NCBI GenBank assembly: GCA_947487165.1
Contig: CANKWX010000011.1
Span: 355-64,354 of the forward strand
Origin: Burkholderiales bacterium
GTDB taxonomy: Bacteria > Pseudomonadota > Gammaproteobacteria > Burkholderiales > Burkholderiaceae_E
DNA: 64,000 nt
Direction of reading: 5' to 3'
In this document: piece after piece, positions 22,626 through 31,344 of the stretch
Numbering within the stretch: position 1 is the first letter of the stretch
How the letters are laid out: each line of letters opens with the position of its first letter
The notes under the pieces: model-generated
Told to the model about the DNA's origin: nothing
What the model saw: only the letters and a program-made list of their open reading frames with translations
Database searches by the model: none
Translations under genes and position numbers: made by a program

Positions 22626-24373
22626 AGGCCTTCGCCCGGCTCTATGCCGACCTCGATGCCTCCGGATCGACCTCGCACAAGGTCGATTCGATGGCGCGCT
22701 ATCTGCGTGACGCGCCGCCCGCCGATGCCGCCTGGGCAACCTACTTTCTCGCTGGCGGCAAGCCGCGCCAGATCGTGCCGGCAAGACTGCTGCGCGAGGC
22801 GGCGCGCGAGGCCAGTGGTCTGCCCGAGTGGCTGGTCGATGAGAGCTATTCAAGTGTTGGCGACCTGGCCGAAACCATCGCCCACTTGCTGCCCGAGGGG
22901 CAAGCCGGCGCGCCGATGGGCCTGTCGCAATGGATGGACGAACGTCTGCTGCCCTTGCGGGGAGCGCCCGACGAGGTCGGCATCGAGGCGCTCAAGACCT
23001 GGTGGTCGCAACTCGACTGGCAGGGCCGTTTTGCGCTGAACAAGCTGATCACCGGTGGCTTGCGCGTCGGCGTATCGAAGCAGCTGGTGGTGCGTGCCCT
23101 GGCCGAGGTCGCCGGACTTGAGGCGACCCTGATCGCGCAGCGCATGATCGGTTATACCGATACCCGCCGGATGCCGGATGCACAGCGTTACCTCGCGCTG
23201 ATCGCGCCCTTGGTCGAGGGTGTGTCCACGAGCCAGACCGGTGGCCAGCCCTATCCGTTTTTTCTCGCGCATCCGCTTCAGGGCGACGTGGCCTCGCTTG
23301 GCGCGCTGCACGACTGGCAGGTCGAGTGGAAATGGGACGGCATCCGGGCGCAGCTGGTCCTGCGCGGCCAGCAGGTGTGGCTCTGGTCGCGTGGCGAGGA
23401 GTTGATCACCGAGCGCTTTCCCGAGATCGAGCGAGATGCGCGCAAATTGCTCGACGGCCCGGCCCTCGACGGCCTGGTCCTGGACGGCGAGATCCTGGCC
23501 TGGGACGTCGCCCGCTCGCGTCCGTTGCCCTTTGCCGCCCTGCAGCGGCGCATTACCCGCAAGACGCTCACTGCCGCGATTGCACGCGACGCGCCGGCGG
23601 TGTTCGTGGCCTACGACCTGATCGAATCGGCTGGCCAAGACTGGCGCGATCGACCGCTTGCGCAGCGGCGCGCGCAGCTCGAGCGCGTTTTAGGGCAGAC
23701 AGCGGACGAGGGCGCTGCAATGTGCGGGTCTGATGCACCCAACGCACCCAACGCACCGAAGGCCGCAACCAGCGATCGCACGATGACCGCTGTGCTGCGC
23801 CTGTCGCCCGAACTCATCGCGTCCGACTGGCCGCAGCTCGCTGCCCTGCGCGAGTCCTCGCGTGAACGCGGCGTTGAAGGGTTCATGCTCAAGCGCCGCG
23901 CATCGGCCTATGGCATGGGCCGCACCCGCAGCGAGGGTGTCGACTGGTGGAAATGGAAGGTCGAGCCTTACAGCATCGACGCGGTGCTGGTCTATGCGCA
24001 GCGCGGCCATGGCCGACGCGCAAGTCTTTACACCGATTACACCTTTGCGCTGTGGAGTCGTGGCGCAGGCGAGGGCCCCGAGCCGCCTGCGCTGCTGCCC
24101 TTTGCCAAGGCCTATTCCGGCCTCACCGATGACGAGATTGCGCAGGTCGATGCGGTGATTCGCCGCACGGTGATTGAAAAATTCGGCCCGGTGCGAAGCG
24201 TCACGCCGACTCTGGTGTTCGAGCTCGGCTTCGAAGGGATTTCGCACTCGCCGCGCCACAAGTCGGGTGTTGCCGTGCGGTTTCCGCGCATCCTGCGCTG
24301 GCGCACCGACAAGACGGTCGACCAGGCCAATACCCTTGCCGATCTGCACGCCCTGCTGGGGTCGGCGCCATGA
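22622..24373 (+). CDS. ATP-dependent DNA ligase (three-domain, ligase-associated DDR type)
   Basis: Adenylation motif I VEWKWDGIR, later EGFMLK and WWKWK motifs, and an OB-domain C-terminus (FPRILRWRTDK). Confidence 0.9.
   Translation: MKAFARLYADLDASGSTSHKVDSMARYLRDAPPADAAWATYFLAGGKPRQIVPARLLREAAREASGLPEWLVDESYSSVGDLAETIAHLLPEGQAGAPMGLSQWMDERLLPLRGAPDEVGIEALKTWWSQLDWQGRFALNKLITGGLRVGVSKQLVVRALAEVAGLEATLIAQRMIGYTDTRRMPDAQRYLALIAPLVEGVSTSQTGGQPYPFFLAHPLQGDVASLGALHDWQVEWKWDGIRAQLVLRGQQVWLWSRGEELITERFPEIERDARKLLDGPALDGLVLDGEILAWDVARSRPLPFAALQRRITRKTLTAAIARDAPAVFVAYDLIESAGQDWRDRPLAQRRAQLERVLGQTADEGAAMCGSDAPNAPNAPKAATSDRTMTAVLRLSPELIASDWPQLAALRESSRERGVEGFMLKRRASAYGMGRTRSEGVDWWKWKVEPYSIDAVLVYAQRGHGRRASLYTDYTFALWSRGAGEGPEPPALLPFAKAYSGLTDDEIAQVDAVIRRTVIEKFGPVRSVTPTLVFELGFEGISHSPRHKSGVAVRFPRILRWRTDKTVDQANTLADLHALLGSAP
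23735..23761 (+). repeat. 9-bp tandem repeat x3 inside the ligase
   Basis: GCACCCAAC GCACCCAAC GCACCGAAG encodes APN APN APK. Confidence 0.9.
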
Positions 24374-25233
24374 AGCTGATCGGTGTCGATTTCACCAGCG
24401 CACCGAGCCGGCGCAAGCCGATCACGGTGGCGGTGCTGCAGCGTGGCGAGCCGATTGAATCCGCAGCCCCAGGCCCCTCGACCGGCTTGCATTGCCGCCT
24501 CGAGCGTCTCGATCGCCTCGACAGTTTCGAGGCCTTCGAGGCCTGGCTGCAGGCACCCGATACCTGGGTCGCTGCCTTCGATTTTCCCTTCGGGTTGCCG
24601 CGTGCCTTCGTCGAGGGGCTGGGCTGGCCGACGTCCGGTGTTGCGGTCTGGCCGATCCTGACTGAGCGCCTGCAGGCGCTGGCTCGCCCCGAGCTGGTGG
24701 CCCATTGCCGGGCCTGGTGCGATGCGCGCCCGGCCGGTCACAAGTTTGCGCATCGCGCCACCGATGCGACCGCTGGCAGCAGCTCTTCGATGAAATGGGT
24801 CAACCCGCCGGTGGTGCTGATGCTGCATGCCGGCGCCCCGCGTCTGCTTGCAGCCGGTGTGAGTCTGCCCGGCCTGCATGAGCAGGGCACCGACCCCGAC
24901 CGCATTGCGTTCGAGGGCTATCCCGGACTGCTGGCCCGATCGGTGCTGGGCCGCGAGTCCTACAAGAGCGACGACCCGGCAAGGCGCCTGGATGCACCGC
25001 GGCGCGCGGCCCGCGAGCGGCTGGTGGCCGCGCTCGAAGCCGGCAACCATCACTTCGAGACGCGTATCGATTTTGCGCAGTGGCGCGCCGATTGCATCGA
25101 GGACGCCGGCGCCGATCTGCTCGATGCGGTGTCATGCGCGGCGCAGGCCGCGTGGGCCTGGCGCAGACGCGATCAGCACTGGGGCTTGCCGCAGGCGGTC
25201 GATCCGGTCGAGGGCTGGATCATCGGGGCCTGA
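24370..25233 (+). CDS. DUF429 domain-containing protein
   Basis: MKLIGVDFTSAP... and AFDFPFGLP motifs are typical of DUF429. ATG overlaps the ligase TGA (ATGA). Confidence 0.65.
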   Translation: MKLIGVDFTSAPSRRKPITVAVLQRGEPIESAAPGPSTGLHCRLERLDRLDSFEAFEAWLQAPDTWVAAFDFPFGLPRAFVEGLGWPTSGVAVWPILTERLQALARPELVAHCRAWCDARPAGHKFAHRATDATAGSSSSMKWVNPPVVLMLHAGAPRLLAAGVSLPGLHEQGTDPDRIAFEGYPGLLARSVLGRESYKSDDPARRLDAPRRAARERLVAALEAGNHHFETRIDFAQWRADCIEDAGADLLDAVSCAAQAAWAWRRRDQHWGLPQAVDPVEGWIIGA

Positions 25234-25364
25234 CCGCGCGCAGGGGTGCGCCCAGGCGTCGACCCGGTCGCTTGTCGAAGCGACTGCCCGCGACTTGACC
25301 GATACCGCCTTCCGGTTCATGGTCACCCGATGTCGGCAATCGACCGACCCTAATTGGGAGACCT

Positions 25365-26339
25365 GTGATGATCCGATGGATGCGGTATCTGCTTGCGATG
25401 ACCCTGTGCGTCCTGTCAGTCAATGCCATCGCCCAGGCCTGGCCATCGCGCCCGATCACCTGGATCGTTCCTTATCCCGCCGGCGGCGTGACCGATGCCA
25501 CCTCACGGGCGGTGGCCAAACGGGTCTCCGAAATCCTTGGCACGCCGATCGCCGTCGAGAACAAGGCCGGTGCTGCCGGCATGATCGGCACCGAGCAGGG
25601 TGTGCGCTCGGCGCCCGACGGCTATACCGTGATGTATGTCTCGCCCGGCCCGATCGTCACCAATCCGCATCTCTACAAGACGATGCGCTATGACCCGCTC
25701 AAGGACCTGACTTTCGTCCACGGCATGTTTGCATCGCCCGCTGTGCTGGTGGTCCCGGCCGCATCGCCCTTCAAGACACTGGCCGAACTGGTCGACTTTG
25801 CCAAGCGCAATCCCGACAAGCTCAACTTCGGTTCGTCGGGCTCAGGGACCGCGCCGCACATCGGCATGGAGCTCTTCCGGCTCAATGCCGGCATCCAGAT
25901 GACCCATGTGCCCTACAAGGGCAGCGCCCCGGCGCTGACCGACCTGATCGGCGGACGGCTCGACCTCGTGCTCGATTATCCGACCTCGGTGATGCCGCAC
26001 ATCCAGTCGGGGCGCGTGCGTGCGCTTGCGGTGATGTCCGACAAGCGCTTCGGCTTTCTGCCGGACGTGCCCAGCATCGCGGAGGCGGGTTATCCTAATG
26101 CCGCCGCGATTGCCTGGACCGGCGTTGCTGTGCCCGCAGGCACACCGGCACCGATCGTCTCGAAACTGTCCGCCGCCATTCGCGACGCGCTCGCCGACCC
26201 GGCGGTGGTGGGGCCCTTCGAGAAGCTCGGCGCAATCGTGCTGACCGGCATGTCGGAGGACAAGTTCCGCGCCTTCATCGTCGAGGATTACGCGCGCCAG
26301 GGCGAAGCGGTGCGGCGCGCCGGGATCACGCTCGATTGA
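25365..26339 (+). CDS. Bug-family (TctC-like) substrate-binding protein
   Basis: Signal peptide followed by WPSRPITWIVPYPAGGVTD. GGGAG lies upstream. Start is GTG 25365 or ATG 25368. Confidence 0.85.
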   Translation: MMIRWMRYLLAMTLCVLSVNAIAQAWPSRPITWIVPYPAGGVTDATSRAVAKRVSEILGTPIAVENKAGAAGMIGTEQGVRSAPDGYTVMYVSPGPIVTNPHLYKTMRYDPLKDLTFVHGMFASPAVLVVPAASPFKTLAELVDFAKRNPDKLNFGSSGSGTAPHIGMELFRLNAGIQMTHVPYKGSAPALTDLIGGRLDLVLDYPTSVMPHIQSGRVRALAVMSDKRFGFLPDVPSIAEAGYPNAAAIAWTGVAVPAGTPAPIVSKLSAAIRDALADPAVVGPFEKLGAIVLTGMSEDKFRAFIVEDYARQGEAVRRAGITLD

Positions 26340-26344
26340 AAGAC

Positions 26345-26364
26345 GCCGGGGCGCAGGCCCCGGC
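26345..26364. terminator. GC hairpin between convergent genes (possible terminator)
   Basis: GCCGGGGC-gcag-GCCCCGGC, a perfect 8-bp stem between the Bug gene stop (26339) and the HD gene stop (26372). No clear U-tract. Confidence 0.4.
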
Positions 26365-26371
26365 TCATCGA

Positions 26372-26962
26372 TTACTTCGCGGTGTCGAACAGCTTGGGTG
26401 AGCGGTAAATGGTGTTTTTCGGCGTCTCGAAGACCCGGCGCACCATCGGCTCGAACTCGCTGATCGGCAGGGTCTCGCCGGTGGGATTGAAGGCCGGGCC
26501 GTCGTAAAGAGCGCAGAACTCTTCGGTGCGGGTGTAATGCTCATGGCCCTTGAACTGGTCGCGCATATTGCGATCGAGGCCGAGATGGTGAAAGAAGAAA
26601 TAGCCTTGGAAGATGCCGTGCTGCTGCACCATCCAGAGGTTGGCCTCGCTCACGAAGGGTTTGAGGATGGCTGCTGCAACATCGAAATGATTGCTGCAAC
26701 CCAGCGTGTCGCCGATGTCATGCAGCAGGGCGCAAACCACATACTCTTCATCGCGCCCGTCCTTGAGCGCCAGCGTGGCGGTCTGCAGCGAGTGGGTATA
26801 GCGGTCGACCGCGAAGCCGCCGTGATCGCCATCAAGCAGTTTCAGGTGCGCCAGGATGCGGTCGGGCAGGGCCTTGAAGAAGGCTGGTGATTCGGCGCGG
26901 ATGGCTGCCCAGTCCTGGGCCGTGCTCGATTCCATGGTGGTGAAGGTTGCGCGAGCGTTCAT
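26372..26962 (-). CDS. HD-domain protein (PhnZ/MIOX-like HD-domain oxygenase candidate)
   Basis: Spaced His/Asp ligands: RYTHSLQ, LLHDIGD, NHFDVAA, QQHG, FFHH. Last gene of the acyl-CoA operon. Confidence 0.7.
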   Translation of the reverse strand: MNARATFTTMESSTAQDWAAIRAESPAFFKALPDRILAHLKLLDGDHGGFAVDRYTHSLQTATLALKDGRDEEYVVCALLHDIGDTLGCSNHFDVAAAILKPFVSEANLWMVQQHGIFQGYFFFHHLGLDRNMRDQFKGHEHYTRTEEFCALYDGPAFNPTGETLPISEFEPMVRRVFETPKNTIYRSPKLFDTAK

Positions 26963-27004
26963 GGTGTCTCCGGTCGGTTTGTCGATGATGAGGTGAAAGG
27001 CGGA

Positions 27005-28729
27005 TCAGGCGGGCGCGTCGAAATAGGGACGAAGCGCCTTCTTCAGAATCTTGCCATTGGCATTGCGCGGCAGGGTGTCGTCGAGCATCACGATGCGCAC
27101 CGGCACCTTGAAGGCGGCCAGGCGCGAGCGCACAAAGGCCCGCAGTTCTTCCTCGCTCGCCTGCATCCCGGCCTTGAGTGTGACCACTGCAGCCGGCTCC
27201 TCGCCGAGCTGCTTGTGCGGCAGGCCAATCACGCCTGCGTCCATCACCGCCGGATGTTCATAGAGCGCGCTCTCGACCTCGACGCAGTAGATGTTCTCGC
27301 CGCCGCGAATCAGCATGTCCTTCTTGCGATCGACGATATAGAGAAAGCCCTCGTCGTCCATGGTGGCCAGATCGCCGGTGCGCACCCAACCGTCGACGAA
27401 GGTCTCGGCGGTGGCCTGCGGTTTGCCCCAGTAGCCCTTGACCACGTTCGGGCCGTAGGCCCACAGCTCGCCGACCTCGCCGCGCGCCAGCTCGATGCCG
27501 TCGTCATTGGCGATTTTCATTTTGCCCACCGGCAACGCCGGGCCACTGCTGTCGGGGCGACGGCGATAGTCCTCGCCGCTGTGACCGCTGAAGGTGGCCG
27601 AGGTCTCGGTCATGCCCCAGCCAATGCCGGGTGAGGCAGCAGGCATGACTTCGCCGATGCGACGCACCAGCTCGGCGGCTGCCGGCGCGCCGCCATAGGC
27701 CATCGACTCCAGGCTCGAGAGGTCGTACTGCGCGCGTGCCGGATGCTCGAGGATCTGCCAGGCCAGCGTCGGCACGCCGCCGGTGTGGGTGCAGCGCTCA
27801 CGCTCGATCAGCGCCATGGCGCGCTCGGTCTCCCATCGGTGCATCGCGACCAGCTTGCCACCGCCCAGCAGTGCCGGGCAAACGATGCACAGGCAGCCGG
27901 TCACATGAAAGAAGGGAATGCCGACCAGAAAGCTCACCTGCACCGTGCGATCTTCGGGCTTGGGGATCGGTTGGCCGGCGCGCACGAAATTGCGGTGCGT
28001 CGAAAAGGCGGTGGTCGCCACCGTGGTGACCGCATTGCGGTGGGTGCCAAGCGCTCCCTTGGGATTGCCGGTGGTGCCGGAGGTGTAAAGGATGGAGGCA
28101 TCGTCTTCTGGCTCGAGCACGACCGCCGGCACCGGCCGGTCGGCCAGATTGCCCCAGGTGTTGCTGGTTCCGATCACGCTCTCGAGCGACACCAGCTGCG
28201 GGCCCTGGAGCGGCTGAGGGCTGCGCGAGACATAGACGCGCTTGAGCTGCGGGCACTGCGGCAGGACCGGCACCATGCGGTCGAGACGCTCGGCGTCGAC
28301 GATGGCCACGGTGGCGCCGCAATCGCGCAGGGCGTATTCAAGTTCGGGGCCGGTCCACCAGGCATTGAGCGGCACCGCGATTGCACCCACCAGCCAGGCG
28401 GCAAAGAGGCCCACCGGCCACTCGGGCAGGTTGCGCATCGCGATCACCACGCGATCGCCCTTGCTCACGCCGTCGGCCTGCAGGGCGTGCGCCATGGTGA
28501 GGGTGGCCCGGGCAAACTGATCGAAGCTGACCCGTTCGTCCTCATAGACGAAAAATATTTTTTCTCCGTGCACGCGGCTGGCCAGAAAAACTTCGCGCAT
28601 GGTGGGCGGCGCGTTTTTCCAGACGGTCTGCCTGCGCCCGGCGATCGTGATGTCTGTGGTCTCATAGGGCGAGCCGGGTGCGGTCATGGCCGCATGCGCC
28701 TGCTCGATACTCATCGCCGGCCAGCTCAT
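27005..28729 (-). CDS. Acyl-CoA synthetase / AMP-dependent ligase
   Basis: AMP-binding motifs ILYTSGTTGNPKG, GWGMTE, TGD...DEGFLYIVDRKKD and NANGKILK. Confidence 0.9.
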   Translation of the reverse strand: MSWPAMSIEQAHAAMTAPGSPYETTDITIAGRRQTVWKNAPPTMREVFLASRVHGEKIFFVYEDERVSFDQFARATLTMAHALQADGVSKGDRVVIAMRNLPEWPVGLFAAWLVGAIAVPLNAWWTGPELEYALRDCGATVAIVDAERLDRMVPVLPQCPQLKRVYVSRSPQPLQGPQLVSLESVIGTSNTWGNLADRPVPAVVLEPEDDASILYTSGTTGNPKGALGTHRNAVTTVATTAFSTHRNFVRAGQPIPKPEDRTVQVSFLVGIPFFHVTGCLCIVCPALLGGGKLVAMHRWETERAMALIERERCTHTGGVPTLAWQILEHPARAQYDLSSLESMAYGGAPAAAELVRRIGEVMPAASPGIGWGMTETSATFSGHSGEDYRRRPDSSGPALPVGKMKIANDDGIELARGEVGELWAYGPNVVKGYWGKPQATAETFVDGWVRTGDLATMDDEGFLYIVDRKKDMLIRGGENIYCVEVESALYEHPAVMDAGVIGLPHKQLGEEPAAVVTLKAGMQASEEELRAFVRSRLAAFKVPVRIVMLDDTLPRNANGKILKKALRPYFDAPA

Positions 28730-28730
28730 T

Positions 28731-29855
28731 TCAGTAGCCCCTCATTTTGGCGAGCCGATCACCATGAAAGCCTGAGTCGCCCAGATATTCCTGGAGCACG
28801 CGTGCGCGCTTCATGAAAAAGCCGATGTCGAATTCATCGGTCATGCCCATGCCGCCATGCATCTGCACACCTTCCTGCACCGCCAGCGTCGCGCTGGTGC
28901 CGGCACGCGCCTTGGCCACTGCCACCGCCTCGCTTGCGGTGGTCGGGTCAGTATCGATGGCTTGCAGTGCCTTGAGCACCGCGGCGCGCGCCATTTCGAT
29001 CGCGAAATAGAGCTCGGCGGCCCGATGCTGCAGCGCCTGGAACTCGCCGATCAGGCGGCCGAACTGCTTGCGCTGGCGAAGATAGGCGGTGGTGCGCTCG
29101 AAGACTTCGTCGGCCACACCGAGCAGTTCGGCTGAGGCGGCCGCGCGCCCGGCGTCGAGTGCGAGCGCAAGCGGTGCGGCGCCTGCATCGAACACACCCA
29201 GCACCGCGTCATGGCCCAGGCTGACGCCGGTGAAGGTAATGCGCGCCGCATTGTGCGAGTCGACCATGGCGACCCGTTCGATGGCCACGCCCTGGGTTGT
29301 GCTCGGCACCATGAAGATCGTGATGCCCTTTTCTGAGGTGCTTGCAGCCACCAGCAGCAGGTCGGCGACATGACCATCGATCACGAAAGTCTTTTGTCCG
29401 TCCAGCGTAAAGCCGGCGGCTGTTTTTTCAGCTTTGCAGGCGATGCGATCGGGCTGGTGCTTGCGATGCTCATCGATTGCGAGCGTGGCAATCGTGGCGC
29501 CACTGGCGAGTTTGGGCAGCCAGTGGTCGCGTTGCGCGGCGGTGCCGGCCTGCCGGATCAGGCTGACCGCCACGATGCTTGATGCCAGGAAAGGCGAGGC
29601 GGTGAGTTGATGGCCAATCTGCTCCATCACCACGCCGGCTTCGACCATGCCCAGGCCCAGGCCCCCCTGGGCCTCAGGCACCAGCACGCCGGTGAAACCC
29701 ATGTCCGCGAAGTTTGCCCAGACCGGCTTTGAATAGCCGTCGGCATCGTTGGTGTCGCGCAGCTTGCGCAGCTGGGTAATCGGTGCGTTGTCGGCCATGA
29801 ATGCGCGCGTACTGTCGCGCAGCATGGTTTGCTCTTCGGTCAGGATCAGTGCCAT
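28731..29855 (-). CDS. Acyl-CoA dehydrogenase family protein, beta-like subunit lacking the catalytic Glu
   Basis: ATG at 29855 inside ORF 28731-30020 (MALILTEEQTML...). ACAD fold, but the C-terminal ...RARVLQEYLGDS has Leu where the YEG catalytic base sits. Confidence 0.85.
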   Translation of the reverse strand: MALILTEEQTMLRDSTRAFMADNAPITQLRKLRDTNDADGYSKPVWANFADMGFTGVLVPEAQGGLGLGMVEAGVVMEQIGHQLTASPFLASSIVAVSLIRQAGTAAQRDHWLPKLASGATIATLAIDEHRKHQPDRIACKAEKTAAGFTLDGQKTFVIDGHVADLLLVAASTSEKGITIFMVPSTTQGVAIERVAMVDSHNAARITFTGVSLGHDAVLGVFDAGAAPLALALDAGRAAASAELLGVADEVFERTTAYLRQRKQFGRLIGEFQALQHRAAELYFAIEMARAAVLKALQAIDTDPTTASEAVAVAKARAGTSATLAVQEGVQMHGGMGMTDEFDIGFFMKRARVLQEYLGDSGFHGDRLAKMRGY

Positions 29856-29881
29856 GTCAGTCGATTCCGTGTGTCGTGGTT

Positions 29882-31075
29882 TCAGGCGCCGGGAAGACCC
29901 AGGATGCGTTTGGCGATCACGCCGAGCTGCACTTCGGTCGTGCCGCCTTCGATCGAATTGGCCTTGGTGCGCAGCCAGGTGCGGGCCGCAGCACCATGGT
30001 CCGACCGATCGCTTTCCCACTCGAGTGCATCGCTGCCGCCTGCGCTCATCAGCAGCTCATGACGACGCTTGTTGAGCTCGGAGCCGTAGTACTTCATGGC
30101 TGATGCAAAGGCCGGGTCCGCCTGCCCGGCGCGGGTCTGATCGCCAAAGCGCGCCAGCGTGCTGGCGAAGGCGGCTTCGTCCACCTCGAATTCGGCCACC
30201 CTGGCCCGCAGGATCGGGTCGGCAAGCCGGCCCTGCGCATCGGTGCCGACCATCTCGGCGATCACTTGCCCAAGCGGTCGGCTGACCACCCGGCCACCGA
30301 GCCCGCTGATCATTTCACGCTCGTGCGCAAGCAGCACTTTCGCAACCTCCCAGCCACCGCCGGGCGTACCGATCAGGTTGTGTTTTTCAACCCGCACATC
30401 GTCGAAGAAGGTTTCGCAAAACGGCGAGGCGCCCGAAATCAGCCTGATCGGCTTGGTACTGACGCCGGGGCTGGCCATGTCAAAGAGCACGAAGCTGATG
30501 CCGGTGTGCTTCTTGGCTTCAAAGTCGGTGCGCACCAGGCAGAAGATCCAGTCGGCCTTGTTGGCATAAGACGTCCAGATCTTCTGGCCGTTCACAAGAT
30601 AGAAGTCGCCCTTGTCTTCGGCGCGGGTCTGCAGCGAGGCCAGGTCGGAGCCGGCATTCGGCTCGGAATAGCCCTGGCACCAGCGAATCTCGCCGCGCGT
30701 GATTTTTGGCAGATGCTCGCGCTTTTGCGCTTCATTGCCGAATTTCAGCAGCGCCGGTCCGAGCATCCAGATGCCGAAGCTGTTGAGTGGCGCGCGGCAC
30801 CCCAGGGTGCGCATCTCTTCGCCCAGCACCTTGGCCTGTGATCCGGTCAACCCGCCGCCGCCGTATTCGCGCGGCCAGGTGGGGGCGGTCCAGCCGCGCT
30901 CGCCCATGCGCTCGAGCCACAGGCGCTGAGCGTCGGAGCTGAACTTTGCGTTGCGTCCGCCCCAGCAGATATCGTCTTCGCTGGCCACTGGCGTGCGCAT
31001 CTCGGGCGGGCAATTGGCCTCGAGCCAGGCGCGGGTTTGCGCGCGAAAGTCGGTGATGTCGAGGGTTTCGGGCAT
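29882..31075 (-). CDS. Acyl-CoA dehydrogenase (catalytic, alpha-like subunit)
   Basis: 397-aa ACAD. C-terminal NSIEGGTTEVQ retains the catalytic Glu. 26-nt gap to the next ACAD gene. Confidence 0.88.
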   Translation of the reverse strand: MPETLDITDFRAQTRAWLEANCPPEMRTPVASEDDICWGGRNAKFSSDAQRLWLERMGERGWTAPTWPREYGGGGLTGSQAKVLGEEMRTLGCRAPLNSFGIWMLGPALLKFGNEAQKREHLPKITRGEIRWCQGYSEPNAGSDLASLQTRAEDKGDFYLVNGQKIWTSYANKADWIFCLVRTDFEAKKHTGISFVLFDMASPGVSTKPIRLISGASPFCETFFDDVRVEKHNLIGTPGGGWEVAKVLLAHEREMISGLGGRVVSRPLGQVIAEMVGTDAQGRLADPILRARVAEFEVDEAAFASTLARFGDQTRAGQADPAFASAMKYYGSELNKRRHELLMSAGGSDALEWESDRSDHGAAARTWLRTKANSIEGGTTEVQLGVIAKRILGLPGA

Positions 31076-31216
31076 GGTGTCGTCTCCTGCAGTTGTGGCG
31101 AAACCTTACCCGAAATTGCCTGATGCGATCGAGTACTCATGCCGCAGTGCGTCATAGATTGGTTTCCGGATCCTGCACCGGATGTAGTAGATTTCGAGAC
31201 TGCGCTCCGACAGACA

Positions 31217-31255
31217 GTGCATCATCAAAGCACCATCATCAAAGCACCATCATCC
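31217..31255. repeat. 14-bp-period tandem repeat (about 2.7 copies) in a divergent intergenic region
   Basis: gtgCATCATCAA AGCACCATCATCAA AGCACCATCATCC, between the ACAD operon start (31075) and the ABC permease start (31345). Confidence 0.85.
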
Positions 31256-31344
31256 AGGCAGGAGACCCATGAACCGTTCGATTGGTTTGATCGTTCGCAG
31301 CCGCGCCCCGCGTGCCTGGCGCCCTGGCCTCGTGGCCTGACCCA

